DNA of 64,000 bases from Lama guanicoe (Eukaryota): NCBI GenBank assembly GCA_013239625.1, contig MU053083.1, forward strand, positions 62,001 to 126,000, in the 5' to 3' direction. Positions 13,696 through 27,570 of the stretch are shown here, piece by piece (the first letter of the stretch is position 1; the number at the start of each line of letters is the position of its first letter). Both the position numbers and the translations under genes were made by a program. The notes beneath the pieces are model-generated. The model was not told the DNA's origin. It ran no database searches and saw only the letters and a list, made by a program, of their open reading frames with translations.

Positions 13696-14949
13696 TCACT
13701 GACCTCTGCAAATACAAATGTCCCTGGAGAAGTGACAGTAATTATCAGGAAGCCTTGCACTGGGAAGCCACAGTTTCACAGGTGGCTGCTCAGGCATCTC
13801 TGCTTGAATGTAAAAAAACAAGCCCAGAGCAGGCACCCTTTGTGCCACAAAGTTAGAAGATTGCTCCTGCTCCCCCTCATGTCCTTGCCATTGGCTGTTT
13901 ATCCGAGCATAACCAGAGATGATGAACGCCATTAATTACCTGGGAGCAGCTGAGAGATGGTCTCTGGAACAAAAGCTATAGAAATGAGAGGGTTGTCAGT
14001 AGTAGCAACACTAATTATCATCACTGAGCAGCTTTCTGCACGGGGGCTGTCTCCTGCGCAGTGGATGCTAAGGGTATAAAACCAAGCTGGCCTGCGTTCT
14101 CCCCGCAGGGAGTTTGAATTCTAGTGGGTGTGCAGGGCCCGCATGTGGACAGAGTTCAGGGAGAGCTGGGCTGGGAATCAGGCTCGTGTCAGCAAGCAGA
14201 GCCGGGCTGAGTGGGTCACCTCCAACCTGGAGCTGCACCAGGTGATTTTTCAGATCCCTTCTAGCTTTTACTATTCTGAGTCTCTAATGGAGCACTTGCT
14301 ATGAGCCTGGCTCCAGACAAAGCCCTTGAGGAGGGTAAAAAGTGTGGGACTGACTTTATGTCTGTCCTGGGGGGTGAGATGAGGAATGTGGAAATGAAAG
14401 AGGAAAGTAGGTGTCCACGTGCACTGCGTCCTGGGCGGAAAGGGCTGGGAGATGAGGAAACAAGGAGGGGTCGCTGCAGGCCTAAGGAGGTTTTATTCAT
14501 TCAGCAAATACTCAACCAAGCACTACTATTCCAGGCCCGGTACTAGATTAGGGGGTTTCAGTAGAGGGTACAAGGATGCCTGAGATGCGGCCCCTGCTAT
14601 CTCCAAGCCCAGTGAGGTCCAGGGACAGACAGAAGAGTGCACATGTGATGTCGTTGAGGACTGCCCAGGTTGCAGGAGGGGCTTGCAGGTGGAGAGTGCA
14701 CAGATGAGGACCACAGAGTTGATCAGACTTAGACCGAGTTTCAAACATGTGGGAAGACTTGGTGGACAGCGAGGAAGCCAGTTTTGCTGTTCTGAGCTGA
14801 CTTTCCCCAAGGCCTTGCTAGGGTCGGAAAGGGTGCTGAAAGTTGGCTTGGCCTGGGGGTGTCCAGGCAGGGCCAAGGTGGGAGGGCTTGAGTTCATTAG
14901 CAGCCTAGAGGCCTCTCCCAGCCTGGCCCCCGCGTCTCTCCCTCCACAG

Positions 14950-15106
14950 GCTGGCCACGCACATGCGGAGGACCTGGGCGGCCGTGGTGCTCCAGAAGCA
15001 GTGCCGCATGCGGAGGGCCCGCCGGGCCTACCAGAGGGTCCACAGGGCTGCCGTCGTCATCCAGGCCTTCGCTCGGGGCCTGTTTGTGCGGAGAATCTAC
15101 CACCAG
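14950..15106 (+). CDS. MYO5B: MYO5B exon ~20 (IQ3-4), 157 nt
   Basis: cctccacag|G CTG GCC ... CAC CAG|gtgtgt; [52 protein letters not shown]. Confidence 0.95.
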
Positions 15107-15258
15107 GTGTGTAGCCCCCCTGGGGACTCAGGCTGCAAGCTCAGATCTAAAGCAGCAGCAGGTGGATTGGCACCAGCATAAATGTTGGGCACTTCTCAGT
15201 TTTTTTAAGTAACTTCGCAGCCCTGCTTTCCCTGCATCTCGACAGGAATCTCATGAGG

Positions 15259-15774
15259 TGAAGCATTTTAGGGCTCTCCGGAGAGACAGAGCCAACAGGA
15301 GATGCGTGTGTGTGTGCACATGCGTGTGTGTGCACATGCGTGTGTGTTCACACAGAGGTTTACCATGAGGAATGGGCTCATGCAGTTATGGGGGCTGAGC
15401 AGCCCCCATCTCCCATCTGCCAGCTGGAGACCCAGGAAAGCCAGGGGTGTCATTCAGCCCGAGTGTGAAGGCCTGAGAACCAGCAAGTCAGTGGTACAAA
15501 TCCCAGTCCAAGGGTAGGAAAAGATGAGATGAAATGTCCCAGCTCAGCTGTGAGGCAGGAAAAAGGCGAATTCTCCTTCCTCCACCTCTTGTTCTATTCA
15601 GGCCCCTAGGGGATCGGACGATGCCCACTACACAGGGGAGGGCAGCCCACTTTACTGAGTCTGCCAGTTCCACTACTCATCTCTCTGGAGACATCCTCAC
15701 AGACACACCCAGGGGCAGTCTTTAACCTGGGCCCCCAGGGCCAGTCAAGTTGATACATAAGATTAACCATCTCA
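15259..15774 (-). mobile_element. MLT2-type (ERVL) solo LTR containing a TG-rich microsatellite
   Basis: Minus strand begins tgagatggttaatcttatgtatcaacttgactggcc (MLT2 start); internal agctggagacccaggaaagcc, gaaggcctgagaacc; (TG)n-like run at ~15303-15348. Confidence 0.85.
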
Positions 15775-17010
15775 GACAGGAAAGATGCATATCGCTGTGC
15801 CCCTTTAACAGCTGTGAAATGCTCGGAGAAGCTGAGTCACCTGCCCAAGGGCACGCAGTCAGCTGGAGCAGGGCCTGGTGACCCACCTTGGGCTCAGGCA
15901 GACTTGAGAGCAGGGGTGACACGAAGCGTCATCAGGTCTGGCCCTTCATGTAACATTAGCATCCTGAAGCCCAGGGAGGTGAAGTCCGGAGAGCGACCCC
16001 AGCCTCCCCCATGCTGGGCCACTGTCCAGTGATGCTGAATGACCCAGTTAGGTAGCCCCAAGTCAGGACATACTTGTTCCACCAACTCATTTAACATCCA
16101 CACACAGCTGAAGGTCGATGCTAAGACAAAAGATGGATTGGGAGGAAGTATTTGAAATGGTCTTTTGTTTTCCTAAAACGAGTTATCTATCTACCTTCTC
16201 ATCTGTGATAGAGAAGGTATGATTTTCTAAGTAATAAAACTATAAAGCATTAAATGATAGTGAAAAAGCAAACATGGTTAGGATGGAGATGGAACACACC
16301 CTAATACAATAAGTGAAGAAACACAGGCCAGTGGGAAAAGGTTCTGTGAATATTCCTGGGAGACTGGTGACTTGTGTGTGATGTCACCATGGACGTGGCA
16401 GGTAGCATTTGCAGGGCACTAGGTTTAAACCCAGCTCATCTCAGAGCTGTGATGCTGGGCATGTAAGTCTCTCAGCATGTTTATTTATTCATTCACTCCA
16501 CAAACGTTTATTTTGCAGGGCATTAGGGCAAGAACATTGCTGATGCTTTAAGTTTCTGAGTGGCTTTTAACCGGATAGGAAAAAAGGAAAACAGTGAATT
16601 ACAAGCCAAGTTGTAATTGTAAGCCATTAACCCAATGTGGACTTCCCCTAGGCAATCTCACTTCCTCTCTCCAGCTCACTGTCACCATGAAGGGATCCAC
16701 ATCTGTTGATTGGGGGACTGTCAGCTGGATAATCATTAGGCCCCTCCAACTTTGAGATTTTTAGACTGTGGTTTCCTAATGAATAAAAAGCAAACAAAAT
16801 AAACTAGAAATGACAATTTGACAGCTGATGCCCTGCAGGGGCACAGGCTGCAGACCTAGTTACAACTTGTTCATAAAGTCACCAAGGCCTTCAGTCTTAG
16901 GGTGGCTGTATGTCGCTGACCTTGGCTCTCACCTCCCCAGGGCAGTATGAGCCCCTCTTGCTCCCATCCTGCCGTGCAAACCCATCAGGTGTGTGCTTGT
17001 CCCCCATCAG

Positions 17011-17250
17011 GTCCTCAGGGAGCACAAGGCTACCATCATCCAGAAGCATGTGCGGGGCTGGATGGCTCGCAGGCGCTTCCAGCGGCTGCGGGGCGCAGCC
17101 ATTGTCATGCAGTGCGCCTTCCGGAGGCTCAAGGCCAAGCGGGAGCTGAAGGCCCTCAAGATCGAGGCCCGCTCCGCAGAGCACCTGAAACGCCTCAACG
17201 TGGGCATGGAGAACAAGGTGGTCCAACTGCAGCGGAAGATCGACGACCAG
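17011..17250 (+). CDS. MYO5B: MYO5B exon ~21 (IQ5-6, start of coiled coil), 240 nt
   Basis: cccccatcag|GTC CTC ... GAC CAG|gtcagt; [23 protein letters not shown]...[15 protein letters not shown]. Confidence 0.96.
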
Positions 17251-17309
17251 GTCAGTGCTCCACCCAGGGAGGCTTCCCCAGGGAGCTCTCATATGATCCC
17301 TGCGTGACT

Positions 17310-17430
17310 TTGTGAGGCCATTTTACAGATAAGGAAACTGTGGGTCAGGGGCATCCAGTACCTGGCCAAGATCACAGAATTAGAAGGTGCTGGAACCAGC
17401 ACTCCAATCCAGGTCTGTCTGAGCCCACAG
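17310..17430 (-). mobile_element. MIR SINE fragment
   Basis: ccattttacagataaggaaactg...ccaagatcacag...aatccaggtctgtctga. Confidence 0.75.
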
Positions 17431-18639
17431 CCATAGTGGGGCGATTTTTTTAACTCCAAATGTCACTAAAGTCGGTCCTTTCCTGGGTTATGGCTAAGAC
17501 GGGTTCCCAGAGTTGAAAACTGGCTCACTGTTATCTTGCTCAGGGAGGGCTTTAATGACCACAGGACCAGGCTTCCGCAGTGCCCCGGAGGGTTTCACGG
17601 GCCTCCAGAGGAAGGACAGAAGAGGATGGAGGGAAGGAGGGGAGAGAACCTGCCGAGGGCACACAGTGTGGGGTGTGGAGGGGGAGAATTAGAGTTGGGG
17701 CCACCAGGCACGGCCTTGGAGGTCACTGCTTTTATTGTACCCATTCTGTTCGAGGCACTTCGTAAGCTTCTTAAGGATCCCAACAGGGCAAGAAAATAAA
17801 TGAGCCATTTTACACCTAAACCAGCTGCCCTAAACAGAACCCCAAATGTAGTAAGATGTTCCTGCTTCTCTGTTCTTGCAAAAGACTAGGCTTCCCGAGA
17901 AGAAACTGTCAGTCACCCTGGGTGTTTGTGTTCTCTGTGTGAGTTCTGCAGGTGTCTTGTTTGGCTTGGCTCCTTAGTGGGAAGCAGGACAGAAAGCTCA
18001 GTGCAGGGTGGAGGACACTCGGTACCTGGCCCTGGTCAGCCTGCAGTGGTATGTCAAGTCAGGGAGGGAGACATATCTGCTCAGACCATCAGGGAGTGGA
18101 AAGAGAAAGGTCTGGTCTCTGGGATCAGCCATTTGAAAAACGAAAGCACAAGGAGGGCCAAGGGTTCTATGATGATCATGACGACGATGATGATGGTGGC
18201 TATTGATGACTGGCCAGGAAAGACATTTGCATAGTCAAATTGCGCCCATTAACCTTCTGAGCAAAGTCTAGTCAGAGGGACGAGCTGGCTTTGTACCCTG
18301 CCAGGAGCCTCATGTACTGCCCAGCTGCCTCGGCCCTGCATTCCAGCTGTAGGGCCCTGCATTGACATTGCTGATTTCTGACGTTGACTCAAGAAATTAA
18401 AAATAAATCCGGTATTTTACACTCCACATGCTGAAACATCAAAGAGAAGCAAATTTAAAAGGCCTATTTTTAAAAAGAGCTGTTTGCCTTAAGCTTCCTG
18501 CTTGGCAAACATCTGTGAGCAGTGGCAGGTGTTTCCCGCCCTGGACAGGGTGCCCTTTGTGTGGAGGGTGATGAGAGGAGGCGGGTTAGATCTTAGATCT
18601 TGTTTTCTTGGGCCCCTCCCCATGTTGCCCGACTGTGTA

Positions 18640-18810
18640 CCTGGCACTATTCTCCTGTGTCAACTCATTTAATCCTCACCACAACCCTATGAGATACTAA
18701 CGTGGTTCCCATTTTAAACTGAGGCCCCGAGAAGTTAAATAGCCTGCCTAGGGTCACACAGCTAGTCTGAAAGCATGGCTAGGATTGAAACTTGGCACTT
18801 TGGTTCCAGA
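18640..18810 (-). mobile_element. MIR SINE
   Basis: ctcatttaatcctcaccacaaccctatgag...aactgaggc...gcctagggtcacacagctag. Confidence 0.85.
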
Positions 18811-20169
18811 GAATGTTCGGCCACCTCCAAGCAAATTTTAGGATATCTGCACCTTGGAAGGTTCTTCAGACATGTGAGAATTCCCCAGTCCAAGGACGAC
18901 GCTGAGCTTTGTTTGGGTCCATTCTCACAGACGGCATCGTCCTTGGACTGGCTGGCATTTTACAGTGGGATGCGTGACTGTGTCAAAGAACATGCTTGGC
19001 GCTCTGTCACGAGAGGGGTCATCAGCGAATCTGTGGCACCAGGACTTTAGAGATTCTTGTTCTGCCGCAATCTCATAGCAGGCGGGGCTGACCTTTTTGT
19101 GAAGGGGTTTCTGTTCTTTGTGTAATGCCTGGAGACAACTCAGGCAGCAGCTCCCCTGACACACAAGGTTCTCCTTCGCCAGGAGGAGAGGGTACACGTG
19201 TGTCAGGAACAACTTAGGTGAAGGCATCCCAAAGCATTCGTCAGAGCGGCGTGGGGCAGTGGACAGAGTCCCAGCAGGACCTCCGTGAGTTCTGTCTCAC
19301 TTACACTTGCAACCAGTGGTGACACCTTGGGATTACAACCAAATCTCTAACTGGGCCTTGAGTTCCTCAGAGGGAATTATCCTAAGATCTCTAAAGTAAC
19401 TTCTAGCTCAAAAATTCACTGATACCATGATGTGGCTAATATAGTGGTTCCCAACTCCAGGCTGCACTGTAGAATCTCCAGGAGAATTTTTTTTTTTTGA
19501 AGTATCCCCACTGCCAAAAGTCAGCAAAGGAGGAAAATGAAAAATAAAACCAGGGTAAGATTGGCACTCAAAATTCATGTTCAGGTTTTGTGCACCCAAC
19601 GAGAGGCAAAACTGGCACCAAGTTCCCAAGCAAACAGAAAGAAGGAAATAAGGTCGCTTGAGAGCTGTTGAAAGAAATGAAATTGTTCAGGAGGGTTGGA
19701 GCTGTCCCTGGTGCTGAGACAGTTTTCCTGTGGGTTTCGTAATCTGTGGTGTAATAAACCACATCCTTCACAGTAAAAACGGACAGTTCCTGGGACCATT
19801 TCTTGCAGAGCCCCTGGTGTAGGCCTGTGGTGTGACATTTTTCAGCCAAAATGATGTCATCTAAGAACTCGGTTCTCTACCAGCCTGGCTTTATTCAAGC
19901 ACAATGTGTAGAGTGAGAAAGCCAGTTGAGCCTACAGTTTTTTTATGAGGGTCAGGTTCCTTAGACCTTTGTGAATATAAGGCTATATTTAAATCTATTT
20001 TATCAGAAAAAAATATGATACATGCATATGGATTCAGTCAGTAGCCTTTTAAATCAAATTGATTCAGTATACTTTGTATTTACTCAATAAACATTAGTTA
20101 ATAATTTATGGTTCACAAGAGCATCTATATATATATTTGTAAAATTGTGTTACAAGTCACAGCTTTCTG

Positions 20170-20320
20170 GCCTTCTGTGCCTCCATTTCCTCATCTGTGA
20201 AATGGGGATATTAATCAGCCTTACTACACAGGATTTTTGTGAGAAGAGAATGAGATGATAGACATGAATCAGGCAGGACAGTGCCTGCCCCACAGTAGGC
20301 ACGCGGTAAGTGCTAGTGCT
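20170..20320 (+). mobile_element. MIR SINE
   Basis: tctgtgcctccatttcctcatctgtgaaatggggata...cagtgcctgccccacagtaggcac. Confidence 0.8.
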
Positions 20321-23274
20321 AGGTGTGGAATGTGGTATTTTTCATGGTGCTGCTGTCTGACAGTGACTTTCCCTCTCCCCCAGGAATCTGTAGAACTCTT
20401 GGTACAGTTCTGCCATTTGTGCACTGCGGAAGGGTAGCTGGCTATGGGGACAAGTGGGGCTGAAATCCAGCCCACACTCTGTCCACCTGACCTTGAGCCC
20501 TGGTGCAGCACTGCCCTGAGGAAGGGGTGTCATCTGTCTCAAGCCGTGCACCCTGGGGCTGTGTCCACTTAGAGGGGCAGCTCTGTGACGCTCGTCCCTC
20601 TGGAGGTGGTGCCTTTTCTGGTTTACACAAAGGTGCTGGAGAGGCTGGCAGAGGACTTGGGGTTACTGACTGGGGAACAGGTGGATGTCATATCCTTCAG
20701 GTGGGGGAACATCTTAAAATAAAAAAGATCTTGCCTAAGCAAACCTTTGAGACCAAAAAGAAAAAAAAAAAGCTATTGAAAAAGTAGCAAATAGCCGAGA
20801 GTCTCAAGTTACCTTCCCAGTTGGGTTCCTTGTTGGCAGTTGAGGACAGACCTGTGCCCTTGAGCAGTAGACGCCGAGTAAGTGTCCTCTAGGGGTGGCT
20901 GAGGAGCCCGAGGAGAACAGGGGTCCGTATGCAAAAAACATTCCCCTGGAGTCAGGGAAAGGTCCTCTCTGGTTTGGGACAGAGCTGGCCAGGTCTCAGG
21001 TCCCCTGACAGAGGCAGCTCCAGGGAGCTTGGCCTGCCTCGCAGGGAGGGTTTCTGGGATCTATGCAGGAGCAAGTGCCCCTCGCCACTCCCTGTGCTGG
21101 ACTTGGCTGCACGGCCGTGGGCACCTGATGCGGCCATCATAGCATGAGGATGAGACAGGAAACTGCTGGGCCCTTCTGGGGTCTTTCTGTCTAAAGTCCC
21201 ACCTCCAGAACACAAAATGTGCAGCCACAGTGAGTCCCCAGTGATTATTTTTGGGTGAGAAGGAGCTGCCCCAGTGCTGCTGTCAGGAATAGCCCCCAAC
21301 ACACACACCCCAGGCGGTCAGCTCCGAGCTGGGAGCATCTCTCCCAGGGGTCCCTGGAGAATGGAACGATGCCCTTTATGGAGCATTAATGGTGTGCCAG
21401 CCCCGGTGAAGCTCTCCATCTTTCTGAACCTTGATAAAACCCCATGAGGGAGGAGTGACTGTTATCCCTCCTTCAGATGTGAGGACTGGGGCACGGGGAG
21501 GTGGGATGACCTCATGATAGGCTCTCAGCTGATCAGGATAGAGTTCGGGGCTGAACATAGGTCTGACTGGCTCCAGCCACTTAACTCCCCGAGATCCATG
21601 AGCCTCACCTCAGCCTGGGTGTCAGTGAAAGCAAAGAGCTGGCCTCCTAGACACATCTTTGCGTGAGAGTCCTGGGGTGGTATCTCGACCCATAATAGGG
21701 TGCCACCATCTGCCGATCTGTACAACCAAGTTCTCCCTGAGAATCTTTCAAGGTCATGGGATGTGCCTGTGTCCCCTCCACCATCGCATGGTGTGCCTCC
21801 CCCCACACCCCACACCTGCTCCATCTAGAGGTCTCCACAGTCCAGTCCGTCTCCCCACTCTCCTGTGATCTGACTCAGGCTGCACCACCTGGAGGTAACA
21901 GTTGGGCTGAACCTCACTTCACACCCAGAGCAGAGCAAAGTCAAGGTGGCTAGTCCAGCTCACTTTTCCTCCCTGAATCCCACACGCCTTGTGCAGAGAA
22001 CCTTCAGCCTCCGGGGAGACCCAAACCTGGGTGGGAGGTACAGATGACATTGGGTTTTTTTAAACAGTTGCTGCCTAATTGGGTCTCTTGTTTGTGATTA
22101 CTTAGAGCAGGGCTGACCACCAGACCAGACATAAGGGCGTATCAGGCTGTAACTGGGAGGTTTCCAGAGACCGTGGGAGGATCTCCTTGTGCTGTATCAG
22201 TGCAGGAAATGTACTGCTTGGACACCAACAGCGGGTCTCAGCCGTGAGGTCCCACGGCCTTCAGGGTGTTGTGCTGGGTCCAGCGGCTGCTGTTCTGCTC
22301 CTCACTGCTTTCCACGAAGCTTCATTTCTGATGTGAACAAGTCATGGATGGGTTCCTGATGCCCCAGTTTATTGGTGTTTTAGCCAATAGCTCTATTCTC
22401 CTTGGAGTGAAGAAGAATCAGTGACTGTTCACTGCTTGCTTGGTTATTTGGAGAGCCCTGCTTCTTCCTCTCCGCTTTGCCTGCTGACCGCTTTCAGCTG
22501 ACACGCTCAGCTGCAGCATCACTTGCTTGGCCCCTGTTTACACCAGCACTTGACACTGGCCCTGGGTCCTCGGGGCTTCCTCTGTGCGAGCTCATCTACA
22601 GTTTGCCCCCCGTTCCCCCTCTGTACCTGCACCAGGCACCTGAGGGAATGCTTCCACTCACCTGTTACTTGAGTGGCATGTGACTGGGTACCTAGCAGGG
22701 ACAAGTTCTGCCAGGGCATCAGTTTCTGGAGTCAGAGTCTTACAGGGTAAGCTGACAGGTGGTGAGAGGGATCAGGGGGCCCTGTGGAGGGCCTCCTTGG
22801 AAGGCGGGACACTGAAGGGGTCCTTTGTCTCAGAGCCAGAGATTAGGTTGCAGCTCTTTGTGCCACTGAGTCGTAGGGCAGGAGGGCCCAGCATGAAAGA
22901 GCAGGGAAGACTGCAAAGCAAAGGCTGCAGATCCAAGAAGCCATGTTGTTCCCAAAACTTCTAAATTAGGCATGAGGTCAGCCCAGTTGGACATGGAGGA
23001 TCAGCTGCTGTCAGAGAGCCTCCAGCTGTGTCACTGCTCCTAAGCACTCCTAGAACATCAGTATTGGAGTTTTTTCTTTTCCTGTATTTCTCCTAGGTTC
23101 ACAATGGAGTTTTGTTAGGGAGATGCCAAGAAAGCACTCAGGCATGCAGTGACTGTGAGATTTAATCCCACCTTGGAAGGGCCTTTTTTAATTGCTTTCC
23201 CGTTTTCCACCTGCCCCAATAACCTTGCTCTCCAACTCTGTCTCCCCTCTCCCTGTTTGCTGATGCTCTCACAG

Positions 23275-23508
23275 AACAAAGATTTCAAGACACTGTCAGA
23301 GCAGCTGTTGGCCGTCACCACCACACATGCCATGGAGGTGGAGAAGCTCAAGAAGGAGCTGGCCTACTACCAGCAGAGCCAGGGTGAGGACAGCACTCCG
23401 CAGCTGCAGGAGGAGGTGGAGAGCCTGCGGGCTGAGCTGCAGAGGGCCCACTCGGAGCGCAAGGTCCTGGAGGATGCCCACACCCGTGAGAAGGATGAGC
23501 TGAGAAAG
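23275..23508 (+). CDS. MYO5B: MYO5B exon ~22 (coiled coil), 234 nt
   Basis: ctctcacag|AAC AAA ... AGA AAG|gtgtgt; [11 protein letters not shown]...EKDELRK. Confidence 0.95.
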
Positions 23509-26500
23509 GTGTGTTGGGGCCAGTGGGGCAGCTGAGTGGTGGGCTGGCCTGCAGGGCACCCCTCTGAGGCAGTTTCTTCTTCCAGCCATAAAACTGCCTA
23601 GACTTCACTGGGGCTTGTGCCCGAGACTGACCATCCCTCTGCATTTAGATGGGAAGTGCCCCTGCTTTGGGGGAACACACAAAAGCAAGTGTCCATTCAC
23701 CTGACCAGTGTTGACTGAGTTCCTACCATTAGCTGGACACAGTGGCATCCCCTGAAAGGGTTACACACGTGTGCCTTTTGGGCAGGTTCCTTAGCCACTG
23801 AGTCAGCTCTGTGCCCTGAGTCCTTGTTGGCAGGGAAGATGGTCCCGAGGTAGTGGCCGTTCTTCTTGATGTTGCCCACAGGGATTAGGGGCAATCTCCA
23901 GGCATCCCCGCCCACAAGCATCGTGCCTGACCCGCCCACTCTGGTCAGTGTGCTCCGTAGTTTTACTCTTCACCCCATAAAATAGAACTTTCTGGAATTG
24001 GACCCTACTCCCCCACCTCAAATGTCAGGATATGAAGATTCCTGTCTCCACTCCCAAGAGAGCTGTTCAAACCCGGAAAGTCCTACTGCAGAGCCTTCCG
24101 TGGACTCAGGACACTGCTTCTCTCCCCCCGTCTAGACAGCGACCCACGGGCCACAGGGCAGATGCCACGCTGCCTGCTTGTTCAGAGCTTGTCCATCGCT
24201 GGAGAGTCACAAAGGGTTGAGAATCTTAAGCGGGGAAGGACTCAGTGTTCCTAATGTTGAAGTAATACTTTTCAGTGTTTAAAAATTGGAGCAAGCTGAA
24301 TGCTGCCACAGAAGGGGTCCTGAGGGAGACACTGGAGTAGGAACTCTCACTGGCTTAGTTCCCTCATCTGTTTAGAAAAAGAAAAAAAGAAGTCCCCTTA
24401 GATCATCTTTAAAGCCCCTCTGGACTTGCACCTGATCAGCTCCATGAGATGGTACTGGGTGGCTTCTAGACGGGAAGAGGACCCCCCTCAGCCCTGCTCT
24501 GTAGTGCCTCCCTCTGCCGGTGCCCCATTACCTTCTTGTGGGCTGAGCCTCAGGCACAACCTGGAAACAGGTGGGACGTGAGAGCCTGCAGAGCCAGCTC
24601 CTGCTGGGCGTGCCTCCGTCATCTCCTGTCTCGGGCAGAATTTCCGCACCATCAGCCACGGCTTTCCCCAGATCCTGGGGCTTTCCTGAGTCAGAGGTGG
24701 GATCCCAGGAGGATCAGAAGACAAAGAAATTGAGACATAGGCAGGCAGCCTGGCACAGAAAAGGCCACCCCTGCAGCATGTTGCACAGATAAACCCTCCA
24801 GTTCACCCATCACGAGTCCTGGAGTGGACTTCATTTTTTGGGATAAAGCACGTGCTTTAGGAGACTCCTGTTAAAATGCAGCTACAAGCTTGTAACTTAT
24901 AGAGCATGGAATCCCTGTCTTGTGGTTTATGGACCCTTGAGAACAGGTAGACTGTAATGCTTCTATGTAAATAAAAGACGGGAGGCATAAAGAAGCCAAG
25001 ATTAGAACTGAAAACTCTTGAGATTGGTGACCCTGGGAGAAAAAGAAAAGCAGGCTCCCTGCACTTGGGCGCCAGTCACCGTGAGATACCGGGAAGTCTG
25101 TTAACCCAGCAGATCACAAAATCGGAGTCTCCCATCTGCATCCCCACAGACAGCACTGGACTCATCGACTCCCCAGGCTCCTTCCTGCTTCCTCTTCGGT
25201 GCTGTGGTTTGGGGACTCAAGAGTGCTTTTAAAATATCCAGATCTCCATCCAAGGGATCCTGAGGGTTTATAATATCCCAGTCTTCCTCTGCAGAGCCAA
25301 ATGAAGCAGCAGGCTCCCTCCTCTCCTTGGAAAAATTTTTTTACTATTTCCCCCTCTTCTTTGGGGAAAAAAAATTGTCACTATTGAAGTGTTGACCCGG
25401 GTCTTAAATACAATGAGAACTTAGGCCTGACAAGGTAAAAAACAAAACCCAGGGACACTACAAGAAGGGGGCTATAGTAGGTGCAGAGGCAGAACAGGAA
25501 AAGCGCCTTCCCCACAACGTAAAAAACTGGAGCAAGATGACTCAGTAAGTACCCTGTCCACCTTCTTCCAGGAAGAGAAAAGGTGGAAGCAAATGTTCCT
25601 CTCTCTAAGGTCTTTCAAATGTTGGTGGCTGTGGGGGTAGGCAGGTAGGGAGCTGGCTTCTTTTTCCCCTCTTGCTCTTCTCTGCCTGGTTAGGGTTTAA
25701 TATTTATCCACAGCACCATGTCCAGTCTTAACAAATGCTGAATAATCAGACAATTGGTTTCCTCTCGGGCCCGTCCAGCAGCCTGCTCCTTACTGAGCAA
25801 GATTGATGAGACAGGCGAAGCGGGGAGGGAGCTGACTGCTGGTAGATGTTTAATTAATGGATTTGATATTTCCGTCAGCAGATGTTGTATTGGAGCTGGC
25901 ATCCTGGAAAGCGTTGGGCTTCCCACCCCTGACAGTGTTCTCACTGCCAGGACACGTGGCCAGGTCTCCCTAGGGGCAGGAATTCACTGGTGTCCACAGA
26001 GCCTGGGGCAGCCCCCCTTCTATTAAAGGTACCCATTGTTGTGGCCTCTCCCCAGAGTGATCTGCACCGAAGCCTTAAGCCTCCTTTCCTTTTAGCTCAT
26101 GTGCTGTGTATTTTACTCTTCCTTAAAGCTGTCAGTGATCCCTGTGCTGAATGACTTGTGCAGCTGTGATGTTTTGTGTGGCTGAGCTGATTTGTGTCCC
26201 TGATGAAAGACATGACTCCCAGGGCTGCCCTTGACCCAGAGGCAATGGCTCATTGTCTAGACTCTGCCTGGAAGGTTGCCTGTGAGACCAGCGTGGTCTG
26301 GTTTGGTGCAGGGTTGCGAGTGGTGGAGGAGCAGCCCACAGCCAGGTGCCGGACTCGGAGGGTCCCGAACACGTGTGAACCCCTCGGGCAGGTGTGGTCG
26401 GGGTTGTGTTCGTGTCATCGGTCACCCAACCATTAGCCGATAGGTACCTTGGGTAGTTCCAGTATAAAGGTTTTGGGTTTTTCCAAATAGAAATATAAAC

Positions 26501-26724
26501 AGCTCCACCCGTGGGGACAGTGGGGGTTCTCACAGTGGAGTGTTGTGAGTTTTCCCCGAAAGGTACAGAACAGGACTTCTTTGGCCAATTAGGACTCAGC
26601 GTTTGTGCTCTAGGGAGGATTCATGCTTCATAAGGAAGTTGATGGTCATCAGAAAGAGGACCCCACCCCGTGTCTGTGGAAGGACATGATCTCACTGCAG
26701 AAATCGTGGATGCTCGGAGCCCTC

Positions 26725-27200
26725 CGTTCATTCAGCAGACGCGTTTAGCCTGTATTTGTCAGGCACTGTTCTGCACTCTGGGGCAGAAGTGGGCAGTTTT
26801 AAAAGTCCTTCTCATCCTTAGGAAGCTTAAATAGTTGGAGGTATTGGAGAATATACAGACAGGGATCAAATACAAATTATCCCTCGTGCGCTAGAAAGAG
26901 ATATAAAGCCGAGTAAAAGGAAAGAGAGAGACCCCTGGGGGCAGGGGCGGTGTTTCATTTATGACGGCCAGAGAGTCTGAGGAGACACCCAGGCGAGGTG
27001 AGGAGTGAGCCGTGAGGACTTCTAGGGCACAGGGGACAAAGTACCAGCAGGTGCACAGGCCCTGAGGTGGCCATAGGCTGGGCGGTTCGAGGACCATCGG
27101 GTTGAGGTGGAGGGAGCGGGGAGGAGGAGGATGGAGGGTGGTGAGGTCAGATCAGGAAGCCTCTTCCGACCCTGAAGGCCGTGTTGGCTGTGAAACCTCC
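26725..27200 (-). mobile_element. L2 LINE fragment
   Basis: ttcattcagcagacgcgtt...gtcaggcactgttctg...caaagtaccagcaggtgcacaggccctgagg...gaggtcaga antisense L2 3' motifs. Confidence 0.65.
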
Positions 27201-27364
27201 AGAGAGACGCACAGCCTGTCTTAGACACTTGGCCCCTGCAGCCCCCACCATCCCCTCCTGCCCCGAACTCCTTCGTGCAGCTCTTGCTGTCGGAACCAGG
27301 CGTTTGAGGCCTGTCCATCGCTGTTCTTCCTACGTCCGCCTTCTGACCTGTCCAGACACGCGGC

Positions 27365-27570
27365 GGCAGAGTGTTAAGAGCCCGGACCCGGACTGCTCAG
27401 GGCCACGGCCAGCTGTATGGCTGCCTGGCTGTGTGACCTTTCGCCGGCTCACTGACTTTTCTGTGCCTTCATTTCTTGAAAAGCAAATAACAACGGCACC
27501 TACCTCAAAGGTATTAAGTAAATCTGTAATGCTGCCTGGGACACACTGAAAGCTCAGTGAGTGTTCGCTC
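27365..27570 (+). mobile_element. MIR SINE
   Basis: gtgttaagagc...gctgtgtgacctt...tctgtgccttcattt...cacctacctca...gcctgggacaca. Confidence 0.7.

Noticed and set aside
16981..17012. Duplicated cccatcaggt giving a second AG 22 nt upstream of the exon 21 acceptor
   Set aside because: Out of frame and with a weaker pyrimidine tract; no evidence of use.
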